From sequence record MN013077.1: a stretch of DNA of 64,000 bases; one strand, given 5' to 3'. Every line of letters starts with the position of its first letter. The first letter of the stretch is position 1. Under the pieces are notes generated by a model that worked only from the letters and a program-made list of their open reading frames with translations, had not been told where the DNA came from and made no database searches. A program made the position numbers and the translations under genes. Origin of the DNA: Klebsiella phage vB_KaeM_KaOmega. Below, in pieces: positions 1 to 7,892 of this stretch.

Positions 1-656
1 GATGCCTCTATCTCCGCATTGGCACGGGCCATGACCGTCTCTGAGTGCTCAGTGAAGGTCTGTAAAGCATAGGCTGTCACTTCTGGCAGCTTGGCATGGA
101 TGGTCTGGAACTTCTCCATCGCCGCCTGCAACTCACCCTTGTTGGCCTTTCCCTTGGCAATCAGCGCCGACAGGGCTTCAAGACCCTCTGCGTGGCGTTT
201 CATCATGATCTTGAGAGATGCCTCAATCTCACGGTTAGCCTGCTCGGTACTGGTGTTCTGTCCATCAATAAGTGGAAGATTACCCTGTCCATGTGGGGTA
301 ATGTAACGCAAAGTGCATGGTACACCATTACCACTGTGGGATGCAACCAGGCCAGCCCATTGGTATGCCGTCAGTTCCAGTTCCAGCACACGGCCTCCAC
401 GGCTCTGCGGCTGGCTGCGGTAGTTAGGGATACCGTAGGCCGTCTCTTCATACGCCAGGTCGATACGGAGCGCTATGCGCTCGTTATGGATGATGTCTGA
501 ACCAAACATCTCGGTATTGCCACCTGACGGGTGGGTCAGTGTGATTCGACCATACGCCGGGTGCTCTTGAATAATACGATCACAACCCGAACCTGTCATT
601 TCTGAACGGATCGTTGGTCGCTCCTTCGGATAAGGTTTGCTTTGTTCTTTACTCAT
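1..656 (-). CDS. hypothetical protein (C-terminus beyond window start)
   Basis: Open minus frame from ATG at 656..654 (MSKEQSKPYPKER...), GAAGGTGG SD upstream, ATGA overlap with upstream stop. Absent from ORF track because it has no stop inside the window. Confidence 0.5.
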   Translation of the reverse strand, partial: MSKEQSKPYPKERPTIRSEMTGSGCDRIIQEHPAYGRITLTHPSGGNTEMFGSDIIHNERIALRIDLAYEETAYGIPNYRSQPQSRGGRVLELELTAYQWAGLVASHSGNGVPCTLRYITPHGQGNLPLIDGQNTSTEQANREIEASLKIMMKRHAEGLEALSALIAKGKANKGELQAAMEKFQTIHAKLPEVTAYALQTFTEHSETVMARANAEIEA

Positions 657-877
657 TTCACCACCTTCACCACGTACCCCGAAGTTTTCTTTGTCTTGCG
701 AACAGAACCACCATCGGTGATGTACTCAATGCTCGCCATATTCAAAGCCTTCGAGAAGCCGATAATCTTGCCACGAGACATCCCGTGACGGTTATACTCA
801 GTAAACACCACTTCATCACCGATTGCAAGTGGGTTTCCGACAAAATCATTCATTTCCATTCGCTCGCTGCTCCTCAA
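653..877 (-). CDS. hypothetical protein
   Basis: 74-aa track ORF in a co-directional minus gene string; start may be an internal Met. Confidence 0.4.
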   Translation of the reverse strand: MRSSERMEMNDFVGNPLAIGDEVVFTEYNRHGMSRGKIIGFSKALNMASIEYITDGGSVRKTKKTSGYVVKVVK

Positions 878-1082
878 AAAACAGTTCGTCTGCCATGTCG
901 TTTAAGACTTGGGCCAGTTCCCGGGCCTTCTCACGGGTGAGGAACATATACTCCTCTCCAAGACAACATGGACCACCTGTCCGGCGGACAGACAATACAA
1001 TCTGGCGATACCCGCGAGGCTCGACCACCGCTGTGGTGGAAGAGTATTTGTCTTCACGTTCACCATCAATAAACTTTTTCAT
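846..1082 (-). CDS. hypothetical protein
   Basis: 78-aa track ORF (MKKFIDGERED...); start overlaps stop of the upstream 327-aa gene. Confidence 0.4.
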   Translation of the reverse strand: MKKFIDGEREDKYSSTTAVVEPRGYRQIVLSVRRTGGPCCLGEEYMFLTREKARELAQVLNDMADELFFEEQRANGNE

Positions 1083-2062
1083 TTCTTCCCCTTACGCTTA
1101 AATTTGTTGTGGCCTTTACCACGGCGCAGTTTGCCCTGCTCCCAGTCACGTGCTGGCTTGTCCAGCTTGGCAATGGCAGCGAAGTCTTTGAAGTTCCATG
1201 TGTCGAAAGAGTCAAGACAAACTGTCTCTTCGCTGTAGTGTTCAGCCAAGAGCTTTGCCATCTTTCCAAAGCCCAACCCTCCACCACCAATAATAGCGAC
1301 TTTCCGGAGCTTGCTTTCGTACATCTCGATTGCCTTTTCCACAGAGATCTCGTCAAGCTGCGACATGTCCAAGTCTTTCTTCTTTCCGCCGTACATTAAG
1401 GTGTACAATGCAGTCTTCAATGCGGGTTTGGTGCCAAAGTAGATCTCCACCTTATATTCTTTTGCCAAGGCTGTCAACTGTGACATCAAGTCTGTACAGG
1501 CACGGGCCACAATGTTGGCATCCGGGATGGCCTCGATGAACATCGGTGGCGCGGGCCAACCCAGAGATTTTTCAGTCTCTCGGTTACGTTCCAAGGTAGC
1601 CTTCAGGCGAGATAACTCCCCCTCGTCATCCACCAGGTCCGTGACCTTGAAGATCATCGGGTGCTTACGGATCTTCAGTGCCGGGTCCTCGCCAGAGATA
1701 TTCAGATCTGGACGGTGAACATCGGCTTTGCAGAGTGTCTCCAAGCGAGACCAATCAATATCGCTTTCCATACGGATGAAGACATCGCCATCTTTTGGCG
1801 GCACATATGTCTTGTTGAGGCGCGGCAGGTGGTCCATATCCAGAATTACTCGGCGGACATCGCTTGGTGAGTCGCTCCCAAAATCACAGGCCCAACCGAC
1901 AATTTCCTTCACCTTATCCATATCAAATTCCAAGTCCAACTCACGCTGCTTACGGATATTCTCCAAGTGTTGCTTGAAGAAAGGGTCCTCGACAAAGACA
2001 CCTTCATCCATGTTTGCACGGGCTTCTTCGAAAGTCTGACCTTGGGATTTGAAATTGTTCAT
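1079..2062 (-). CDS. hypothetical protein with C-terminal Gly-rich GGGGLGFGK motif
   Basis: 327-aa ORF with AGGAAG SD before ATG at 2062. Motif VAIIGGGGLGFGKMAKLL followed by acidic CLDSFD resembles a dinucleotide-binding turn. No confident family. Confidence 0.65.
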   Translation of the reverse strand: MNNFKSQGQTFEEARANMDEGVFVEDPFFKQHLENIRKQRELDLEFDMDKVKEIVGWACDFGSDSPSDVRRVILDMDHLPRLNKTYVPPKDGDVFIRMESDIDWSRLETLCKADVHRPDLNISGEDPALKIRKHPMIFKVTDLVDDEGELSRLKATLERNRETEKSLGWPAPPMFIEAIPDANIVARACTDLMSQLTALAKEYKVEIYFGTKPALKTALYTLMYGGKKKDLDMSQLDEISVEKAIEMYESKLRKVAIIGGGGLGFGKMAKLLAEHYSEETVCLDSFDTWNFKDFAAIAKLDKPARDWEQGKLRRGKGHNKFKRKGKK

Positions 2063-2119
2063 GTTTACTTCCTCATTTGTGTTGGTATGGGGCCATATTA
2101 CAGGCCCCGATCTCTACTG

Positions 2120-2383
2120 TCAACTGAATTTTAATACTTCAGTGAAAAACTGGAAGAGAACCTGTGGAAGGATGATGATGACGAACAGGCGCACAGGCAT
2201 CCAGACCGCAGTGTGCCAAGTGAACAACCCACGGGTAGCCGGGCTGAACAGATAGCGAATACGACGGGCGGTCGCAAACACTTCGTTAACCCAACCATAG
2301 ATGATCCAGAACACACCAAAGAACAGCACAAAAATCAGAGCTTCCGGTGGGGTTACGGTGAAGAAATTAATTAGCGCTTGCAT
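2120..2383 (-). CDS. small membrane protein
   Basis: 87-aa ORF with two hydrophobic stretches (IFVLFFGVFWIIYGW; VWMPVRLFVIIILP). Confidence 0.4.
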   Translation of the reverse strand: MQALINFFTVTPPEALIFVLFFGVFWIIYGWVNEVFATARRIRYLFSPATRGLFTWHTAVWMPVRLFVIIILPQVLFQFFTEVLKFS

Positions 2384-2696
2384 AAGTCTCCCTTAAATCA
2401 GATTCACATTGATAGAAATTATATGTCGGAACATAGTACACCCAAGAGTGCAATAAATCCGACCAGAACATCCCTTGCACTACAAACTCATGACCCTCTG
2501 TTGAAGAGTCCCCGCCACAGATAGCCACTGGCGTACCGCAACGGTATTTCGGCATCCCGAAATTCTTTATCGCCCAACGGTCATGCTGGCACAAATCTTT
2601 ACCGAAGTAAAGCCCCAATGTGTCCAGTTCGACTTCATTAGTACCCATAGTCTTTACCCTCGTCGATTGTGGTAACGGTATCCCGGTGTTTACCAT
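2367..2696 (-). CDS. hypothetical protein (start uncertain)
   Basis: 109-aa track ORF. Internal Met MGTNEVELD near 2648 is more likely because it avoids overlap with the lipoprotein gene. Confidence 0.3.
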   Translation of the reverse strand: MVNTGIPLPQSTRVKTMGTNEVELDTLGLYFGKDLCQHDRWAIKNFGMPKYRCGTPVAICGGDSSTEGHEFVVQGMFWSDLLHSWVYYVPTYNFYQCESDLRETYASAN

Positions 2697-2907
2697 GAGG
2701 GTATTCTGTTGTTACTTGGGCATTAGGACAATAGACAACCTTCAAGTTGCTAACCCCAGAACCCTTGACCTTGAAGATCTCACAGTCCATCTCCTTCAGT
2801 TTTTGAGGGAGGATGTACTCTTCAGTCATATTCTGCGGCGTGTTGTCACAGCCTGCCAAGGCAAACCCCATCAATGCCGCCATTAATATTAGCCGTGTAC
2901 GCTTCAT
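2638..2907 (-). CDS. putative lipoprotein
   Basis: N-terminal signal peptide MKRTRLILMAALMGFALAG followed by Cys (lipobox LAGC); 89 aa. Confidence 0.6.
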   Translation of the reverse strand: MKRTRLILMAALMGFALAGCDNTPQNMTEEYILPQKLKEMDCEIFKVKGSGVSNLKVVYCPNAQVTTEYPHGKHRDTVTTIDEGKDYGY

Positions 2908-3092
2908 TCTTTCTCCTTCTTAACGGTATATCCACGACCTTGTAAGAACAGGACGCAGTATTTTTCAAGAACATGAGAGAATATTCCCATGTCATGTAAC
3001 TCATTTTTGTCAATAACAAAGCCCACGAGGCGTTTGTCATCCTCATTCATTTTTGGTGTGTTGCACAACCGCAGATTAAGACTATCCATCAT
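2904..3092 (-). CDS. hypothetical protein
   Basis: 62-aa ORF abutting neighbours in the same strand. Confidence 0.3.
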   Translation of the reverse strand: MMDSLNLRLCNTPKMNEDDKRLVGFVIDKNELHDMGIFSHVLEKYCVLFLQGRGYTVKKEKE

Positions 3093-3415
3093 ACCTCCGA
3101 GTATGAATAAAAGGCCCTTATAATCACGATCTCCAGTTTAAGGCCGGGATTATCTCTTGTCAACGAATTTTTCTTTCTCTGTGCATTCTCCAAATCACAA
3201 AAGACTTGAAATTTTTTATTAATATCGGGAAGGGTATCGCACCCTTTTATTTTTACAGCATAGTAAACGTCACCGCCCTTCAGTTGCTGCCCCAGCTTAT
3301 GCTGGAACCAAGCGTTAAAGTGGTCGGGTGTTGTGTCAATTGGTTCCGGGAACAGCCTCAGCCACCAACCTTTTAGCATCTTTTTCATCCGTGGCACTCC
3401 ACGCGATAGTGCCAT
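3089..3415 (-). CDS. hypothetical protein
   Basis: 108-aa track ORF with gene-packing overlaps. Confidence 0.45.
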   Translation of the reverse strand: MALSRGVPRMKKMLKGWWLRLFPEPIDTTPDHFNAWFQHKLGQQLKGGDVYYAVKIKGCDTLPDINKKFQVFCDLENAQRKKNSLTRDNPGLKLEIVIIRAFYSYSEV

Positions 3416-3615
3416 TCTTCAGACCAATGGCGTGTCTCATCGGAAGAGTACACATACAAAACCGAATTTTTGCTCGTCGAAAAGAATTTCTGGATCGATT
3501 TTTCATTTACCGGGGTCCCATCTTCAAGAAAGAAACCATCCAGAAGAATTGCCAAGCCTTTTCTGGTCTTGGATACAGAAACGTTGTAACCTTCATCAAC
3601 GGTGGTGTAGATCAT
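3385..3615 (-). CDS. hypothetical protein
   Basis: 76-aa ORF; overlaps the 3089..3415 start by 31 nt, so its start or the neighbour's start may be internal. Confidence 0.35.
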   Translation of the reverse strand: MIYTTVDEGYNVSVSKTRKGLAILLDGFFLEDGTPVNEKSIQKFFSTSKNSVLYVYSSDETRHWSEEWHYRVECHG

Positions 3616-4142
3616 TAGTCGTCATCCTCATTTTTGTATCGGCTACCCTTGACATTAAAACCAACATCAGCCAAGGCATGAGCAGGCAGTCTGCCATCAT
3701 CTGTCCAAAAACTCAAGGACTTTTTCTTCTCTTCCAATTCCTTATCCATCAGGGCCAATAAGACTGCCGGATTAGTCTTCGGCATAGCCTGCTGGCATTT
3801 GGAAAGCGCGGCATTGAACTGGCGGGTAATGATATCGATCTGGTCCACCATGTCAAGTTCATCCATCGCTTCTTTACACACACAGCAGTGACCAATGTTT
3901 TTGTATTCATCCTGCCCGGTGCGGTGGCTGTACTGCTTCTTCTGGATAGGGAGCGCCCGGCGACCACAGTAAGCACACGCCCGCATTCGATCACCCTTGC
4001 CGAGGGTGGCTGTTGGGCGGAGACCTTCTTTGGTGCTGTCCCAACCTTTATGGTTTCCATTACGCCCGTACATCCAAGAGAAGAACTTTTGTGCTCTCTC
4101 ATCGACATGATCTTCGCCTGCGTGTTCTGTGTGTTCAAACAT
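3615..4142 (-). CDS. zinc-ribbon-like hypothetical protein
   Basis: 175-aa ORF with CxxC...CCxC cluster (CAYCGRR...GHCCVCKE). Confidence 0.55.
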   Translation of the reverse strand: MFEHTEHAGEDHVDERAQKFFSWMYGRNGNHKGWDSTKEGLRPTATLGKGDRMRACAYCGRRALPIQKKQYSHRTGQDEYKNIGHCCVCKEAMDELDMVDQIDIITRQFNAALSKCQQAMPKTNPAVLLALMDKELEEKKKSLSFWTDDGRLPAHALADVGFNVKGSRYKNEDDD

Positions 4143-4341
4143 TCCCCTCTCCTTTCATAAATTGAGCGAATGCCAACAAGTCCGCCGGAGACATGTGCTT
4201 TACATACGCCCCGTACTCACCATACAAGTTCTCCAAGACTTCCGGGCATTTGCCGGGGTGGAAGCCGAGGTTCTGGAGATTCTCGATAGTGGTGGCGATC
4301 AGCAGTAATTTTTTGAAGTCTTCTTCTTTCATTCTTAACAT
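4135..4341 (-). CDS. hypothetical protein
   Basis: 68-aa ORF; first gene of the leftward block next to the divergent promoter region 4342-4464. Confidence 0.4.
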   Translation of the reverse strand: MLRMKEEDFKKLLLIATTIENLQNLGFHPGKCPEVLENLYGEYGAYVKHMSPADLLAFAQFMKGEGNV

Positions 4342-4380
4342 TTATCGTTCCTCGTCTGTGTTTGATGAGAGTAATATACA

Positions 4381-4426
4381 GGGTCTCGATCGAGAAATCA
4401 ATACTTGAATCGTATTTTTGTTCATG
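4381..4426 (+). repeat. bipartite repeat element GGGTCTCGATCG-N16-AATCGTATTTTT (copy 1 of 4)
   Basis: Exact 12-mer GGGTCTCGATCG at 4381 with ATCGTATT exactly 28 nt downstream. Same architecture as the three copies at 15713-15905. Lies in the divergent intergenic region just upstream of the HD-hydrolase gene. Confidence 0.6.
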
Positions 4427-4464
4427 CTACCTTATTGTTCACTAAACATGAACAGGAGAGCACC

Positions 4465-5028
4465 ATGAACAAAGTCTTATCCCCGGCAGAGCAGCTTGCC
4501 ATGATGATCAAGCTGGCAGCAACCCACCATATGAAGCAATTCGATAAGGGTGGTCGCCCTTACGTCCTGCACGTCCTGAAGGTGATGCATTACCTTAAAG
4601 ACAAGGATGATGACGAACTCAACTGTATCGCGGTTGGTCACGATCTGATTGAAGACACCCCGGTTCAACAGTGCGATCTGGAACGCTTAGGTATCTCAGA
4701 TCGTGTTATCGACGGGATCACTCGATTGACCAAAATTCCGTTCCAGTCACATGATGAATACCTGAAGGACATTCTGAAGAGCCATGACGCCTGCCGTGTT
4801 AAACTCGCAGACCTGCGCCACAACACAGATATCCGCCGTCTGAAAGGTTTGCGTCAAAAAGACTTGCAGAGAATCCAAAAGTACCATAAAATGCACATGC
4901 AGATTAAGGACATGATTGCATGGTACGAAGACAACCATTTGAGCATGTTCTCTTTCCCGGGTGATTACTTTGATGCCCGCAACGAGCAGGTAAAATCAAT
5001 CATGGAGAAAGAATACGATGCGAATTAA
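4465..5028 (+). CDS. HD-domain (p)ppGpp hydrolase, small alarmone hydrolase (Mesh1/SpoT-HD-like)
   Basis: ATG at 4465 with AGGAGAG SD (track ORF starts 4405). Motifs HHMKQFDKGGRPYVLHVLKV and IAVGHDLIEDTP...IDGITRLTK match the RelA/SpoT HD hydrolase signature (HD...HDxxED...GxTKL). Confidence 0.8.
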   Translation: MNKVLSPAEQLAMMIKLAATHHMKQFDKGGRPYVLHVLKVMHYLKDKDDDELNCIAVGHDLIEDTPVQQCDLERLGISDRVIDGITRLTKIPFQSHDEYLKDILKSHDACRVKLADLRHNTDIRRLKGLRQKDLQRIQKYHKMHMQIKDMIAWYEDNHLSMFSFPGDYFDARNEQVKSIMEKEYDAN

Positions 5029-5185
5029 AGTTTTAGATGCCCCGCTGGGGCATAAGTTTGACCCGGACACTCACTATCGGGTGTTCCGTCCGACAGAACC
5101 AGGCAAGGCTTTCGTTGTTGATGATGACTGCGAGGCTTGCTTCTTGAACGATATGGAATGGGAGGAGGTGACAAGTGAAAGTTGA
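5018..5185 (+). CDS. hypothetical small protein
   Basis: 55-aa ORF (MRIKVLDAPLGHKFDPD...); overlaps the previous stop; below the track length cutoff. Confidence 0.3.
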   Translation: MRIKVLDAPLGHKFDPDTHYRVFRPTEPGKAFVVDDDCEACFLNDMEWEEVTSES

Positions 5186-5378
5186 AATCATTGAGCGCGG
5201 TACGGATGTATTGTTAGCCAGTCGTGATACTTGCATGGGTGGGTTTGTTTGTCCACGTAAGAATGAGCTGATCTACGCAGGCGGTGGTACGTATGTTGTC
5301 CGAGAAGTAAAGTTCTTTTATTATGACGCCATTGGCGGCAATGATGACTTCGTAGAAGTCTTGGTGGATGCAGAATGA
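5175..5378 (+). CDS. hypothetical protein
   Basis: GTG start preceded by GGAGGAGG SD; 67 aa. Confidence 0.45.
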   Translation: MKVEIIERGTDVLLASRDTCMGGFVCPRKNELIYAGGGTYVVREVKFFYYDAIGGNDDFVEVLVDAE

Positions 5379-5905
5379 AAAAGACCCTGAGCATTGAACC
5401 AGTTGTTTCTACGTACCTCGGTCGCCCCTATGGTATGGGTGACGATTCTGTACTTGACGATGGTGACTGGCTGGATCTGGAAGATGACAAGCAGTATACG
5501 ATCACACGCCTTGGGTGCCGGATCAACGGCAAAGAGCCGGAGGAAGTGTACTGTCTCTATTACTTCCTTCACGCCATGAAGCCGGGTTGGAAGGGTGATT
5601 ACCAAAAAGGTTGGACGTGGGATTCTTTCTTCACCTGTTCCTGTGGACACGGCGGCTGTGCCGGGTATCACGAGAACGTTCGTATCCACCGTAAGAAGGC
5701 CACAGTCCGGGTGATGGGTAAGGTGTCAGACGGATACAAAGACGGGGTTGTGGGGACCGGACAGGACGTTGTATACTTCGACAAGAAGCAATGGGACGGT
5801 GTACGGGAATATTATCTCGACCTGTTCCGCAATAACCCGGAAGGTATCTTCCAAGATAACGAAATGTTCTTCACCGGGCGATTTGGCCTGGCAACATGGG
5901 GTTGA
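5375..5905 (+). CDS. hypothetical protein
   Basis: 176-aa ORF; ATGA overlap with previous gene. Confidence 0.55.
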   Translation: MKKTLSIEPVVSTYLGRPYGMGDDSVLDDGDWLDLEDDKQYTITRLGCRINGKEPEEVYCLYYFLHAMKPGWKGDYQKGWTWDSFFTCSCGHGGCAGYHENVRIHRKKATVRVMGKVSDGYKDGVVGTGQDVVYFDKKQWDGVREYYLDLFRNNPEGIFQDNEMFFTGRFGLATWG

Positions 5906-5907
5906 GA

Positions 5908-6522
5908 ATGAAGCGTACCAAAGTAATGAACAAAGCGCGATTCCGCAAATCCTTTTTGGGCTTTGCTGTCGCGGCTGTTGTAACCTTCACCCTGTCCGGC
6001 TGTGAGCAGGCTGACGAAACGGTGAAGCTGTACATGAACTCTGAGCAGTGTGCCAAAGAAAGTGGCAATACTCTCGAACAGTGCCAAACTGCGGAGAAAG
6101 AAGCCCAAAAGGTTGCCGCAGAAACGGCACCGAAGTTTGGGACGTATGCGGAGTGCTACGAAGAGTTTGGCAGTATGTGTCAGCACAACACAGCGGCTGC
6201 TGCCAGCACGGGCGGAGAATCGCCGTGGATGCCTCTGATGATGGGTTACATGCTGGGCAATATGATGGGGTCAAGTAACTCTTATCACGCAGCCCCGATG
6301 TACCAGAGCCGTTCTGGTAAGTGGGTTGACAACAAGGCCCGATCTTACGACATCAAACCTGGAAAGTCGTTCAAGGTTACGAAGTCTGCGATCAAACCAA
6401 AGGTTGAGGCTCCGCGATCCACTTGGTCAGGTTCCAAATCCGGCTTTTCTTCGTCCAAGACAACCACCCGTGGCGGGTTCGGTTCCTCTGTGGGGCGTAG
6501 CAGCAGTTCTTTTGGTGGATAA
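5908..6522 (+). CDS. YgiB-like (DUF1190/UPF0441) outer-membrane lipoprotein homolog
   Basis: MKRTKVMNKARFRKSFLGFAVAAVVTFTLSGCEQADETVKLY... has a signal peptide and lipobox LSGC. From memory it resembles E. coli YgiB (MKRTK..FRK..LAGCE.DETV.LY...TAPK...WMPLM.GYM.G); the Ser/Gly-rich C-terminus also fits. Confidence 0.65.
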   Translation: MKRTKVMNKARFRKSFLGFAVAAVVTFTLSGCEQADETVKLYMNSEQCAKESGNTLEQCQTAEKEAQKVAAETAPKFGTYAECYEEFGSMCQHNTAAAASTGGESPWMPLMMGYMLGNMMGSSNSYHAAPMYQSRSGKWVDNKARSYDIKPGKSFKVTKSAIKPKVEAPRSTWSGSKSGFSSSKTTTRGGFGSSVGRSSSSFGG

Positions 6523-6527
6523 AAGTA

Positions 6528-6555
6528 TTGACTTATCAGATGGCCCATATATAAT
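6528..6555 (+). promoter_or_regulatory. sigma70-like promoter (TTGACT-N16-TATAAT) for MoxR gene
   Basis: TTGACT at ~6528 and TATAAT at ~6550 upstream of SD AAAGAGGAG and ATG 6588. Confidence 0.55.
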
Positions 6556-6587
6556 GGGCCTCATTGACAACAAAGAGGAGAAATTCA

Positions 6588-7826
6588 ATGCAGCAGACTT
6601 ACAAACGTACTGACCAGACCATGTTTAAGAAACGAATCAGTATCCGACAGATGGAAGATCTGATCCGCCTTGGTGCCCGTATCGGTAAAACCACCTTCTT
6701 CTTCGGTGGAGCAGGTCTCGGTAAGTCCCAAAAAGTGTTGCAGGTAGCCAACAACATGTTCCCCCACCGCATCGGGGACAACCTGTGTGACGTTCGTCTG
6801 TCTGACAAAGAACCGCAGGATATCGCAGGCATCCCGGTTCCGGTGACCTATTTCGACCAAGTTCAGGGTAAAGAAGTAACCCGTACCGTGTACGCATGTC
6901 CGAGTTTCTGGCCCACCGACCCAAACTGGGAAGGTATTGTATTCTTGGATGAACTGCCGAACGCAATGCTGGGCACTCAGCACTCTGCGTATCAGGTTAT
7001 TCTCGACCACGTTGCAGGTGACCACCGCTTCCCAAAAGGTTGTGTGTTCGTTGGGGCAGGTAACCGTGATACCGACAACGCTGGCACTACCGAAATGCCG
7101 GGTCCGCTGGTTAACCGTATGATCATGGCGGAAGTTGAATACAACCTGGATGTGTGGATCGAGGACTTTGCAGTCCCATTCAAACTGCACCCGCACGTAA
7201 TCGGCTTCCTGAAGCAGTTCCCGGAACATTTCTACACTGGTGACGTAGAGAAGCGCTCTACTCCTGTGTTTGCATCACCTCGTCAGTGGAAAACTGTATC
7301 TGACATCCTGTACGATTACGAGGTGCAGAAGGACGAATACATCACCGAGATCGCGATCGCAGGTTCTGTCGGAGAGGGTCTGGAAACTGCTGTTCTGGCA
7401 TACCATTTACGTGCCGCCGAACTTCCAAAGGTAGAAGACATCTTCTCTGGAAAGACTAAGAAACACGAACTGTCTCGTGAGAAGAATGACCTGGTTTACG
7501 TACTGGCGCAGACCTGCTTACGTCAACTGGAAAAAGAAGTGATGGACAACAGCATGAATGATGACGAGTTTATCGAACGTGCGAGCAACTTCCTGAACTT
7601 CATGTTTAATAACTACTACAAGGCGAATAAAGATACACTCATCGCACTGATGATCGGTATCTTCCGTGCATCTAATACGGAGCAACAGGCTGTCTTGAGC
7701 CTGAACCCGAAACGTACCAAGATGATCCCGGCGCTACGTAAGAACTGCGAAGCTGTTATGACGATCGTGATGGAATACCAGACCCGTTACGGTAAAATCA
7801 TGGAAGATTTCAACGTTAAGGCTTGA
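6588..7826 (+). CDS. MoxR/CbbQ-like AAA+ ATPase
   Basis: ATG at 6588 after AAAGAGGAG SD. Walker A FGGAGLGKSQ, Walker B IVFLDELPNA, sensor-like GAGNRDTD. Classic partner of a downstream VWA protein. Confidence 0.8.
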   Translation: MQQTYKRTDQTMFKKRISIRQMEDLIRLGARIGKTTFFFGGAGLGKSQKVLQVANNMFPHRIGDNLCDVRLSDKEPQDIAGIPVPVTYFDQVQGKEVTRTVYACPSFWPTDPNWEGIVFLDELPNAMLGTQHSAYQVILDHVAGDHRFPKGCVFVGAGNRDTDNAGTTEMPGPLVNRMIMAEVEYNLDVWIEDFAVPFKLHPHVIGFLKQFPEHFYTGDVEKRSTPVFASPRQWKTVSDILYDYEVQKDEYITEIAIAGSVGEGLETAVLAYHLRAAELPKVEDIFSGKTKKHELSREKNDLVYVLAQTCLRQLEKEVMDNSMNDDEFIERASNFLNFMFNNYYKANKDTLIALMIGIFRASNTEQQAVLSLNPKRTKMIPALRKNCEAVMTIVMEYQTRYGKIMEDFNVKA

Positions 7827-7850
7827 CATCACAATGTGAACTGATAAAAT
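7823..7850 (+). promoter_or_regulatory. sigma70-like promoter (TTGACA-N16-TAAAAT)
   Basis: TTGACA at ~7823, TAAAAT at ~7845, then GGAGGAAATATG (start 7893). Confidence 0.5.
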
Positions 7851-7892
7851 TGGGTCATCTTTCGAGATGGCCCTTTTTCTTTTGGAGGAAAT

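Noticed and set aside
96-500. 134-aa plus-strand ORF at the window start
   Set aside because: It is antisense to the better-supported unterminated minus-strand gene 1..656 and has no SD.
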